Below, one piece after another: positions 38,520 to 47,531 of a DNA stretch of 64,000 nucleotides (within the stretch, counting starts at the first letter, position 1; every line of letters starts with the position of its first letter). The translations under genes and the position numbers were made by a program. Source of the stretch: Sphingomonadales bacterium. GTDB lineage: Bacteria; Bacteroidota; Bacteroidia; Chitinophagales; Chitinophagaceae. Below the pieces are notes generated by a model. It was not told the DNA's origin, ran no database searches, and saw only the letters and a list, made by a program, of their open reading frames with translations. The stretch spans positions 153,007 through 217,006 of the forward strand of contig VHBB01000001.1 of the NCBI GenBank assembly GCA_016872155.1. The letters run 5' to 3'.

Positions 38520-39794
38520 TCAATAGTGACATTTCTGGCATTCCAGACCGCCGATATCCTTAACGGTTACGCTGTCCATTTTACCAGACTTAATATCATT
38601 ATGAAACTTTTCGTAGATGCTATAGAATTTATTGCCTTTGGTGCTGTCGTAGTTAAATTGTACCTTGGTCTCGCGGTGACAGTTAATACACCATCCCATG
38701 CTCAGATCAGACACTTGCTTTACCTCGCCCATGGCTTGGATCTCGCCGTGACAGCTCTGGCATTGTACCTTACCCGCGGTCACGTGTTGGGCATGGCTAA
38801 AATAAACGTGGTCAGGCAGGTTATGGATCTTGATCCACTCGATGGGCTTGGCCATCGAAGGGTCCCATTTGTTAGGATTATTCGGGTCAAAACCGGCATA
38901 CGCGTAAAGTTTTTGAATCTCGGCCGTTCCATCGATCTCATTGCCTTCTTCGTCAAATAGTTTAGGTCCTTTCTCATAGGCCTGAATCGCTTTGTGGCAA
39001 TTCATACAGGTATTCACAGAGGGAATGGCGGCATGCTTGCTTTGCTCGGCACTGCCATGACAGTAAAGACAGTTGATCTGGTTGATGCCGGCATGCACCT
39101 TGTGCGAGTAGTAGATAGGCTGCACGGGCTGATAATCTTTTTGACGACCTAACCCAATAGCGCCCTTGGCCACCATGTAACCGCCGAACACAAAAAATAC
39201 AATAGAGAGGATGGCGATGTTGGTCTTATTGCGCCAAAAAGGAATGCCCTCAGGAAGTGTTACCCCTTCGGCCTGATCGGATAATTTCTTCAAATTGCTG
39301 TTTACCTGCATCAGGATCAGGGCAATGACGCCCAGCAGCAATGATATTACACCGAAAAGCACAGAATTTTGGTTGTCAGAACCTTGTGCTGAATCTCCGG
39401 CCCCAGCGGCGGGAACAGGTGCAGGCTTGGCGGCTTCGTTGACATAGGCCACCACATTGCTCACATCTTGGAGTGTTACATCCGGAAAGGCCGTCATCAT
39501 CGAACCATACTCAGCCTTGAGTCCCTGCGTGTAAGGGTCTTTAGCCATGTAGGCGGCCGGATTGTTGATCCAAGCCAACAATTCTTTGTGGTCAGCCCAT
39601 TTGTGTCGCTCCTCTAATCCGGCCAGTGCAGGTCCGGTCGCTTTTTTGAGCACGTTGTGACAAGAGGCACACTTGCTCATAAACACGGCTTTCCCTGCGG
39701 CGGCGTCTTGCGCACGACTAAAAGAAACAGATAAGATCAGCAGAGAAAAGAGAAGAGTGGAGAGATGTTTTAAGGCAGCTTTTTGGGACATCAT
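38520..39794 (-). CDS. actA: alternative complex III multiheme cytochrome c ActA with extra N-terminal class-I cytochrome c domain
   Basis: 424 aa with six CxxCH motifs (CASCH, CLYCH, CMNCH, CQSCH, CINCH, CQKCH). It has a signal peptide and two internal hydrophobic helices. Confidence 0.85.
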   Translation of the reverse strand: MMSQKAALKHLSTLLFSLLILSVSFSRAQDAAAGKAVFMSKCASCHNVLKKATGPALAGLEERHKWADHKELLAWINNPAAYMAKDPYTQGLKAEYGSMMTAFPDVTLQDVSNVVAYVNEAAKPAPVPAAGAGDSAQGSDNQNSVLFGVISLLLGVIALILMQVNSNLKKLSDQAEGVTLPEGIPFWRNKTNIAILSIVFFVFGGYMVAKGAIGLGRQKDYQPVQPIYYSHKVHAGINQINCLYCHGSAEQSKHAAIPSVNTCMNCHKAIQAYEKGPKLFDEEGNEIDGTAEIQKLYAYAGFDPNNPNKWDPSMAKPIEWIKIHNLPDHVYFSHAQHVTAGKVQCQSCHGEIQAMGEVKQVSDLSMGWCINCHRETKVQFNYDSTKGNKFYSIYEKFHNDIKSGKMDSVTVKDIGGLECQKCHY

Positions 39795-39840
39795 ATTCGC
39801 AATTGATATGGAATGTGGATAAATAGCTCTTAATTAGGCG

Positions 39841-39848
39841 CAAAGTTA
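39841..39848 (-). promoter_or_regulatory. -7 promoter box TAACTTTG for the actA-led respiratory operon
   Basis: Exact TAnnTTTG, 46 nt upstream of ATG 39794. No TTG at canonical -33 spacing. Confidence 0.35.
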
Positions 39849-40063
39849 AGCCAAGCCTCGTACCGAATGGCATGAAATTTTACTTTTTTTTTACAGTAAA
39901 CCAAGGGCATAAACAATGTAGTTTTCTTAGCTGAAAACTCCCATCATCCAATTGTCATATGGGGGTCAATTGTAATATCAAATCGTAAATAAGATCGCGA
40001 CGCTGCGCTATTGCCCCGTTTTTTGTTGAATTTTGCAACTTCTCTTCTAAAATCCGCCCAAAC

Positions 40064-40345
40064 ATGTTCAGCAGGCTGCAGCAAAAATGGAAAGTAAGTG
40101 GCATTCGACTCACCCTGATCCTTTGCACCTTTGCCATCGGAGGTAGTGCCACCGGCTGGCTGGGAAAAAAGATCATGAACGGACTGGCCATTCAGCAAGA
40201 CTGGCTGTGGGGGGTGGTGTACATTGTGCTAATGACCTTGCTTTGGCCCCTGATGGTGCTGGTCGTAAGTATTCCGTTCGGCCAGTTTAATTTTTTTAGG
40301 AACTACATTCGCAAACTAGGAGAGAAGCTGAAATTTCTGCGCTAA
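40064..40345 (+). CDS. small two-TM membrane protein (conserved hypothetical)
   Basis: 93 aa with two clear hydrophobic helices. Preferred over the overlapping minus-strand ORFs 39944-40198, which have no features. Confidence 0.55.
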   Translation: MFSRLQQKWKVSGIRLTLILCTFAIGGSATGWLGKKIMNGLAIQQDWLWGVVYIVLMTLLWPLMVLVVSIPFGQFNFFRNYIRKLGEKLKFLR

Positions 40346-40412
40346 CCAGGCATAATCTCAGCTATCAGTTATTGCAGAGTTGCGTTGATACAGACCTTTC
40401 AAACGTACGAGT

Positions 40413-40979
40413 ATGAAACGTATCGCCATTTTTGCTTCGGGCGCCGGTACCAATGCCGCTCGCATTATCGAGCACTTTACCGATCATCCCACGGTACAAG
40501 TAGCGCTGGTCGTTTGCAATAAACAGAAGGCGGGTGTACTTGCTATCGCCGCTGCTCACCACATCGATACGTTGCTTATTGAGCGCGAACAATTTTTGAA
40601 TGGAGATGGATATGTCCCCTTGCTGCAAGAAAAAAAGATCGATTGGATCATTCTCGCTGGTTTTCTTTGGAAAATTCCCGGCTCACTGCTTCGTCACTAC
40701 AAAGGGCATATCATAAATATTCATCCCGCGCTATTACCCGACTTTGGCGGAAAGGGCATGTATGGAATCCACGTGCACGAAGCGGTGCTCGCCGCAAACG
40801 TTAATGAAAGCGGTATCACTATCCACTACGTAGATGAAGAATACGACCATGGCGCCACCATCTTTCAGGCACGCTGCCCCGTGTTAGCGAACGATACTGC
40901 CGACATATTGGCCACTCGCGTTCATGCCCTCGAACATCAACATTATTCTCGTGTAATCGAAGAGTTAGTTTGTCGCTGA
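40413..40979 (+). CDS. purN: phosphoribosylglycinamide formyltransferase
   Basis: 188 aa with IAIFASGAGTNA and INIHPALLPDFGG motifs. Confidence 0.9.
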   Translation: MKRIAIFASGAGTNAARIIEHFTDHPTVQVALVVCNKQKAGVLAIAAAHHIDTLLIEREQFLNGDGYVPLLQEKKIDWIILAGFLWKIPGSLLRHYKGHIINIHPALLPDFGGKGMYGIHVHEAVLAANVNESGITIHYVDEEYDHGATIFQARCPVLANDTADILATRVHALEHQHYSRVIEELVCR

Positions 40980-41740
40980 GAATCCCATACCGCTTGGTGC
41001 CCATCACACTACTGCTGGGGCTGCTGCTTACTTCGATGGCCGCTTACGCGCAGTCGTACGTAATAAGAGGCGTGGTGTACGATAGTTCGCGCAACTACCC
41101 GCTCGAAGCAGTGAGCGTACTCGCCACATCGGGCAATGGCGCCATTACCAATGCCGAAGGATCGTACGAGATACGCGTTACCGAAAAAGATTCTATCTGG
41201 TTCAGCTATTTGAATAAACCCACCATTAAATTTCCTGTTATCAAGATCGCTAACCCCATGCAGTTCGATATCTCGCTACAGGTAAGCGTGCCTGTACTGC
41301 GTGAAGTAAAAGTGTTTCCGAAAAATTACAAACTCGATTCTATTCGCAACCGACAAGATTATGCCAAGGTGTTTAATTATCGTAAGCCCGGATTGCGTAT
41401 CGTAACTCCTTCTTCGGGAGCCGGCGTAGGATTTGATGTCAACGAGATCATCAATATATTTCGTTTTCGCCGCAACCAAAGCATGCTTTCGTTTCAGCAG
41501 CGACTCTTATTCGAAGAACAAGAAAAATTCATTGACTATCGCTTTAATAAAGCCCTCGTGAGAAGACTTACACAAATCGAAGGGGTCGAACTCGATAAGT
41601 TCATGGAGTTATTTCGTCCGCCTTATCTCTTTACAAAGCTATCGGGCGACTATGAATTCAGAATGTACATCAAGCAAAGTTTCTCTCGTTACAAACGCGG
41701 CTTGCCTCCTTTAACCTGGCAAGAGCCGGAGTGGGAGTAA
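40970..41740 (+). CDS. carboxypeptidase-regulatory-like domain protein (secreted)
   Basis: 256 aa with a TTG start per the track. Signal peptide ...AAYAQ, then YVIRGVVYDSSRNYPLEAVSV...NAEGSYEI, typical of CarboxypepD_reg. The start codon is uncertain. Confidence 0.6.
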   Translation: MSLRIPYRLVPITLLLGLLLTSMAAYAQSYVIRGVVYDSSRNYPLEAVSVLATSGNGAITNAEGSYEIRVTEKDSIWFSYLNKPTIKFPVIKIANPMQFDISLQVSVPVLREVKVFPKNYKLDSIRNRQDYAKVFNYRKPGLRIVTPSSGAGVGFDVNEIINIFRFRRNQSMLSFQQRLLFEEQEKFIDYRFNKALVRRLTQIEGVELDKFMELFRPPYLFTKLSGDYEFRMYIKQSFSRYKRGLPPLTWQEPEWE

Positions 41741-41748
41741 GATCGATC

Positions 41749-42483
41749 TTATCGCACCAAATAATACAATCTTCCCAATAACTCCCGAATTCCCCATTCG
41801 GTCTTCCGTAAGGCCTCGGCCGTGGGTAAAAAATCGATAAAGGTATTTTTGTCGGCACCCACTTTATAATCGACCGCATAGGGTTGCACCAAAAAACCGT
41901 TCTCTTGAAATAATCGCTTTGAACGGGTCATATGAAAAGCAGAGGTAACTAAAATAATTCGTTGTTGATTTCGCTTGAGTAATTTCTCTACTGCTTTTGC
42001 TTCATCAGCCGTATTTTCTACCGAATCGGTCAACAATACCGCTTGCGAAGGAACGCCCATCGCAATGGCTTCGCGGGCCAGCACCTCTCCTTCGGGTTCG
42101 CCGGTCGACCAGGGCATTTGACCACGGGTAAAGATCAGTAACGGAGCTTTTTTTTGACGAAAACATTCAAGGCCGGCAAAGAACCGATCGGGATCGCTCC
42201 ACTCTGTAAACAGCGAATCGCGACCGGGTACCGTATGCAACATGCCACTCAGCACTACAATGGCATCGGCTTTTTTTAGTGTGACGGCACTGACCCGCTC
42301 GCCGCTTTTTTCGACCCAGCCAAAAAAAAGATCGGCCATGTAAGGCATAGAGCAACCATAAAGAAAAAGAATGGCGAACCCTATATAGCCCATCTTCTTT
42401 CTAATAACCCCCAGCAATATCAAAAAAATGGTAATGCTAATGGGCATTACCAGCAGCGGTAGTATCTTATGCAAATAGATCAT
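41749..42483 (-). CDS. YdcF/DUF218 family protein (SanA/ElyC-like)
   Basis: 244 aa with two N-terminal TM helices and a DUF218 core (ADAIVVLSG..., ILVTSAFHMTRS). Confidence 0.75.
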   Translation of the reverse strand: MIYLHKILPLLVMPISITIFLILLGVIRKKMGYIGFAILFLYGCSMPYMADLFFGWVEKSGERVSAVTLKKADAIVVLSGMLHTVPGRDSLFTEWSDPDRFFAGLECFRQKKAPLLIFTRGQMPWSTGEPEGEVLAREAIAMGVPSQAVLLTDSVENTADEAKAVEKLLKRNQQRIILVTSAFHMTRSKRLFQENGFLVQPYAVDYKVGADKNTFIDFLPTAEALRKTEWGIRELLGRLYYLVR

Positions 42484-42546
42484 CGGGTTAGGGATATTTT
42501 AATAAGCGGCTACTGCAAAAATCAGCGAATTACTTATCTTTTCAAC

Positions 42547-44151
42547 ATGAAATTTCTTCTACCCCTGTTGCTATTGCCGCTGTTGGCCTTTTCTCAACCC
42601 CCGATCGAGTGCGACCTGCTGATAACGAACGGCCGCATTGTAGATGGAACCGGCAATGGCTGGTACCGCGGATCGATCGCCATTCACCAGGGCCGAATAC
42701 AAGCCATTTATCGTACTAGCCCCAACAATACCGTGTCGCCAACCATCCGGGCAAAACAGATCATCGATGCCAAACAATTGATCGTGGCCCCGGGCTTTAT
42801 AGATGTGCATACACATCTCGAAGGCGATGAGATAAAAGACCCCGAGGCAAAGAATTTTATTTATGATGGCGTTACTACCTGCATTACGGGCAACTGTGGC
42901 TCTTCGAACGTTCTGGTGGCGAACTATCTGCGTTGGGTCGATTCGCTACAAACCTCCATCAATATCGGAACGCTCATCGGTCACAATGATGTGCGTAAGG
43001 CGGTGTTAGGTCGTGCCAACCGCGATGCCACCTCGCCAGAATTACAACGCATGGAATCGCTGGTAGAAACGGCCATGAGAGAAGGGGCCGTTGGGCTCAG
43101 CACCGGGCTTATCTATATACCGGGCACCTATAGCAAAACTCCCGAGATCGTGGCACTGGCCAAACAAGCTGCAAAAGCAGGCGGTGTTTATGCCACGCAT
43201 ATGCGAGACGAGGGCGACAGTGTTACACAAGCTATCGAAGAAGCGCTTACCATTGGCAGAGAAGCAGGTCTTCCGGTCGAGATCTCGCATTTTAAACTCA
43301 GCGGGCAGCAAAATTGGGGGCGCAGTAAACAAACGCTGGCCCTGGTAGAGCAAGCGCGTCAACAAGGTTTAGAAGTAGCCATCGATCAATATCCGTACAC
43401 AGCGAGCAGTACCTCTATTAGTACGCTGATTCCCGACGAGATCTTAGCCGACGGACAAGATTCCATTCGCGCCCGCTTGCAACGGCCCTCCGTTCGCAAT
43501 TATGTAACGACCTCTATTGAAAAACGTCTTAAGAAAAGAGGGCTCAAACATCTTAGCTATGCAGTGATCGCTTCGTTCTCTAAAGACTCGACGTACAACG
43601 GAAAAAGTATCGAAGAGATCAATTTGATGAAAGGCAACAAACACAAGGTCAAAAACGAAGCCGAGGTCGTGATGGATATCGTCAGCCGGGGTGGGGCCAG
43701 TGCGGTATTTCACGGAATGGGAGAAGAAGATGTAAAACGCATCCTGCAATATCCCTTTAACATGATCGCCAGCGATGCGAGCATTCGAGTACTCAATGCC
43801 GGCGTACCCCATCCCAGAGGATACGGCACCAATGCACGCGTACTCGCCAAGTATGTACGCGAAGAAAAGGTCATTCCGCTCGAAGAAGCCATTCGCCGGA
43901 TGACCTCACTACCCGCCCAGCAATTCAGGATCGAATCGCGGGGCTTGTTGCTGCCCGGTTATTATGCCGATATCGTAATCTTTGACGAAAGCAAGGTGCA
44001 AGATCTTTCTACTTTCGATAAACCCCATGCTTATACCGTAGGCTTTGACTATGTATTGGTCAATGGGCAGATAACCGTAGACAAAGGCATCCATACCGGC
44101 AAAAGAGCTGGCAAGGCTTTGTATGGCCCCGGTACAGTTTCTAAAAACTAA
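42547..44151 (+). CDS. N-acyl-D-amino-acid deacylase (D-aminoacylase) family amidohydrolase
   Basis: 534 aa from ATG 42547 (MKFLLPLLLLPLLAFSQ signal). Metal-binding GFIDVHTH and D-aminoacylase-like sequence throughout. Confidence 0.8.
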   Translation: MKFLLPLLLLPLLAFSQPPIECDLLITNGRIVDGTGNGWYRGSIAIHQGRIQAIYRTSPNNTVSPTIRAKQIIDAKQLIVAPGFIDVHTHLEGDEIKDPEAKNFIYDGVTTCITGNCGSSNVLVANYLRWVDSLQTSINIGTLIGHNDVRKAVLGRANRDATSPELQRMESLVETAMREGAVGLSTGLIYIPGTYSKTPEIVALAKQAAKAGGVYATHMRDEGDSVTQAIEEALTIGREAGLPVEISHFKLSGQQNWGRSKQTLALVEQARQQGLEVAIDQYPYTASSTSISTLIPDEILADGQDSIRARLQRPSVRNYVTTSIEKRLKKRGLKHLSYAVIASFSKDSTYNGKSIEEINLMKGNKHKVKNEAEVVMDIVSRGGASAVFHGMGEEDVKRILQYPFNMIASDASIRVLNAGVPHPRGYGTNARVLAKYVREEKVIPLEEAIRRMTSLPAQQFRIESRGLLLPGYYADIVIFDESKVQDLSTFDKPHAYTVGFDYVLVNGQITVDKGIHTGKRAGKALYGPGTVSKN

Positions 44152-44202
44152 TTATCTTGTTAGCGCATTTTAAAAGAGCCGCTACCTATTAAAAAAAGAT
44201 AT

Positions 44203-45501
44203 ATGAAAAAAATCAGCACCCTTCTTTTACTCGTTCTGCACGCTTCGTTGACACTTACACTTTCTGTACAAGCACAGGTAGTAACCGTTGCCACGCAACC
44301 GGCACAGGCCGGTTTTGCGGCCGATCGGCTGGCTCGTATTGACAGTACGATGGCGCTTTGGGTAAGACAAGGATGGATGCAAGGCGGAACGGCCCTGATT
44401 ATTCGCAATGGTAAGGTCGTCTATCACAAAGGAATTGGCTACAGTGATCTCGAAAGTAAAACCCCCATGCAAAAGACAGATATCTTTCGCATCGCCTCAC
44501 AGACCAAGGCCATTACTAGTGTAGCTATTATGATGCTGTTCGAAGAGGGAAAGCTGCTACTCGACGATCCCGTTTCGAAATTTATTCCTGCTTTTAAGAA
44601 TCAGCAGGTGCTCAATGTTTATAACGAAGCCGATACTACCTATACCACCGTGCCTTCGAAAAGAGAGATCACCATTCGTCAATTACTAACGCATACATCG
44701 GGTCTTGGATATGCGAGCATCGGATCAAAAGAGGCCAATGCCATCTATGCAAAAGCAAATCTTACCGGAGGTCTTAATGTACAAGGCGATGAGCTGCTGA
44801 GTGCCATGAATCGGTTGGCCAAGATGCCACTCATGCACCAGCCTGGAGAAAAATGGACCTATGGACTCAATACCGATCTGCTGGGCTGTCTGGTCGAAGT
44901 GATTAGCGGAAAAACATTGGATGCCTTCTTTAAAGAAAGAATCTTTACCCCGCTGGGCATGAAGGATACCCACTTTTTATTGCCGGCCGAAAAAGGAAAA
45001 CGACTGGTGCCTCTTTACCGCGAAATGCCCAACGGGCAATTGGTCAAGGCCACGGCTTACTTGCTGAACGGAAAATCGGTGACACCCGACTATCCACTCA
45101 TCGCGAGTACCTATTACTCCGGAGGAGCCGGACTTTCTTCTACGATCGAAGACTATGGTATCTTTTTGCAAATGTTACTCAACGAAGGAGTTTACAACGG
45201 TAAGCGCCTCTTAAGCAGAAACAGTGTACGACTAATGACCAGCAACCAGATCGGGGATGTTCCTTATGGAGGCGGCAACGATAAGTTCGGACTGGGATTT
45301 GCCGTTGTTACCGATAAGAGCAGCGGACGTACGCATGCCAACGAGGGGACCTTTAGCTGGGGAGGCGCTTTTGCCACCTCGTATTGGGTAGACCCCAAAG
45401 AAAAGATGGTCTACTTGTTTTATCGGCAATTGCAAAACACAACCAAAGGAGAAATGGTAGAGAAGTTTCGGGCGCTGGTCTATCAGGCCATCAATGACTA
45501 A
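44203..45501 (+). CDS. serine hydrolase (beta-lactamase/esterase fold)
   Basis: 432 aa with a signal peptide and the SQTK (SxxK) active-site motif. Confidence 0.8.
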   Translation: MKKISTLLLLVLHASLTLTLSVQAQVVTVATQPAQAGFAADRLARIDSTMALWVRQGWMQGGTALIIRNGKVVYHKGIGYSDLESKTPMQKTDIFRIASQTKAITSVAIMMLFEEGKLLLDDPVSKFIPAFKNQQVLNVYNEADTTYTTVPSKREITIRQLLTHTSGLGYASIGSKEANAIYAKANLTGGLNVQGDELLSAMNRLAKMPLMHQPGEKWTYGLNTDLLGCLVEVISGKTLDAFFKERIFTPLGMKDTHFLLPAEKGKRLVPLYREMPNGQLVKATAYLLNGKSVTPDYPLIASTYYSGGAGLSSTIEDYGIFLQMLLNEGVYNGKRLLSRNSVRLMTSNQIGDVPYGGGNDKFGLGFAVVTDKSSGRTHANEGTFSWGGAFATSYWVDPKEKMVYLFYRQLQNTTKGEMVEKFRALVYQAIND

Positions 45502-47495
45502 AAAGTCAGTAATTTATTGAGCGTCTCTTCGAGGCGAGCCTTGGCTAAAAATTGCTGTTCTAACACCGTACTGAACGGAACCGGTGTATCCAGCGAAGCG
45601 CAGCGCATAACCGGCGCATCAAGATCTCTAAAACAATGCTCCGCAATCCAGGCAGCGATCTCGCCTCCAAAGCCTCCTGTTAAGGTGTCTTCGTGTAATA
45701 TCAAAACACGACCGGACCGTTTAACCGATGCGGCTATGGCTTCGTAATCGAGTGGGACCAATGTTCGCAGATCGAGTAGATCAACAGAGACACTTGGATG
45801 TTGCAAGGCATATTCAGTAGCCCAATGTACGCCCGCCCCATAGGTAATAATCGAGACCTCGGTACCCGATAAAACCTGATGTGCCTTACCGATCTCCACT
45901 TCATAATAGGTTTCGGGTACCTTTCCAGTTACAGAACGATACAATGCCTTATGCTCAAAGAATAAAACCGGATTGGGATCGTTGAGCGAAGCGATCAGCA
46001 ACCCTTTTGCATCGGCGGGGCAAGATGGGTACACCACTTTTAAACCGGGCACATGCGTAAACCACGCTTCATTACTTTGCGAATGAAAAGGTCCGGCCCC
46101 CACACCCGCACCGGTGGGCATCCGCACGACCACATTGGCCGATTGCCCCCAGCGATAATGAATCTTAGCTAAATTATTAACGATCTGGTTTAATCCTACC
46201 GACACAAAATCGGCAAACTGCATTTCGACCATACTGCTGTAGCCTTCTAGTGCGAGCCCGAGCGCCGTCCCCAAAATAGCACTCTCGCACAGTGGTGTAT
46301 TTCGTATTCGACCTTTGCCAAATTGCTGCACCAACCCTTCGGTGATCTTAAAGGCACCCCCATACTCGGCAATGTCCTGGCCCATCAGCACCAGGGTTGG
46401 GTCACGCTCCAATTGCATTCGAAGGGCTTCACTGATGGCATCGATCAATCGAAGTTCGCGGATGGTTCCGGATTCCTCTTGGGGCGATGACAACACCAAG
46501 GCAGGCGTTGAACTTCTTTTAGCATAGACATCTTCCAACTCATCGGGCACATGAGCGACCACCGGTGCAGGGGCCAACCCTATCGCTAATTCTGATTCGA
46601 TGTTCGATTTAAACTCGTTGCGAATACCGGCTACTTGCATTTCTGTGAGCACACGCTGCTCGATCAAAAAACGCTCGTAATTCTTAATGGGATCTTTTTG
46701 TTCCCACTCCTTAAATAATTCTCCGGGAACATATTTAGTACCACTGGCCTCTTCGTGTCCGCGCATTCGAAATGTCATACACTCTACCAGATAAGGCTTT
46801 TGGTAGCGAAGACAGTATTCTCTTACGCCCTTCAGCGTATCATAGACGGTCAACAAATTGTTGCCGTCAATACGAATTCCCTCCATGCCATACCCCTTGG
46901 CCTTATCGACCAGATTTTCGCAACGATACTGTTCGTTAACAGGAGTGCTTAAGCCATATCCATTGTTCTCTATTAAAAAGATAACGGGCAGATCCCAAAC
47001 GGCCGCCACATTAAGGGCTTCATGAAAATCGCCCTCGCTGGTTCCGCCATCGCCAGTAAATGCCAGGGCTACTTTTTGTTTCGAAGAGAGTTTAGCGGCC
47101 AAGGCGGCTCCGTCGGCCAAGGCCAGTTGAGGCCCCAGATGAGAGATCATTCCGCAAATATGATGTTCGCGGCTGCCAAAGTGAAAACTTCTTTCGCGTG
47201 CTTTGCTATATCCTAATTGTGTGCCCTGCCACTGCAGAAATAATTTATGCAGTGGCATGTTGCGCGTGGTAAAGACCCCTAAGTTGCGATGCAAGGGCAT
47301 GATCCACTCGTCCGATTCAAGTGCGAGGGTGGCGCCTACGGCAATGGCTTCTTGCCCAATACCGCTGAACCATTTCGAGATCTTACCTTGCCGAAGCAAC
47401 ACGAGCATCTTGTCTTCGATCATGCGAGGCCACAAGAGTTGACGATACCAGTCAATCAATTGGGCATCACTGTAATTCTTTCGATCGAATACCAT
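45498..47495 (-). CDS. 2-oxoacid dehydrogenase E1 component, fused alpha and beta subunits (TPP-dependent)
   Basis: 665 aa. N-half is E1-alpha-like (TPP motif GDGGTSEGDFHEALN...NN). C-half is E1-beta/transketolase-like. Confidence 0.85.
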   Translation of the reverse strand: MVFDRKNYSDAQLIDWYRQLLWPRMIEDKMLVLLRQGKISKWFSGIGQEAIAVGATLALESDEWIMPLHRNLGVFTTRNMPLHKLFLQWQGTQLGYSKARERSFHFGSREHHICGMISHLGPQLALADGAALAAKLSSKQKVALAFTGDGGTSEGDFHEALNVAAVWDLPVIFLIENNGYGLSTPVNEQYRCENLVDKAKGYGMEGIRIDGNNLLTVYDTLKGVREYCLRYQKPYLVECMTFRMRGHEEASGTKYVPGELFKEWEQKDPIKNYERFLIEQRVLTEMQVAGIRNEFKSNIESELAIGLAPAPVVAHVPDELEDVYAKRSSTPALVLSSPQEESGTIRELRLIDAISEALRMQLERDPTLVLMGQDIAEYGGAFKITEGLVQQFGKGRIRNTPLCESAILGTALGLALEGYSSMVEMQFADFVSVGLNQIVNNLAKIHYRWGQSANVVVRMPTGAGVGAGPFHSQSNEAWFTHVPGLKVVYPSCPADAKGLLIASLNDPNPVLFFEHKALYRSVTGKVPETYYEVEIGKAHQVLSGTEVSIITYGAGVHWATEYALQHPSVSVDLLDLRTLVPLDYEAIAASVKRSGRVLILHEDTLTGGFGGEIAAWIAEHCFRDLDAPVMRCASLDTPVPFSTVLEQQFLAKARLEETLNKLLTF

Positions 47496-47531
47496 ATAGC
47501 GAAGTTCCGTAAATTTTATGGATTGACTGTT

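Noticed and set aside
30147-38960. Numerous plus-strand ORFs of 60-180 aa antisense to coxII, actF, actC, actB and actA (for example 30633-31160, 33640-34116, 35250-35696, 36027-36476, 38421-38960).
   Set aside because: All lie inside strongly supported minus-strand respiratory genes. They show no domain features or promoter boxes, so I regard them as spurious.
39944-40198. Two overlapping minus-strand ORFs (84 and 78 aa) upstream of actA.
   Set aside because: They overlap a plus-strand ORF encoding a convincing two-TM protein and have no features of their own. They would also lie upstream of the actA promoter box.
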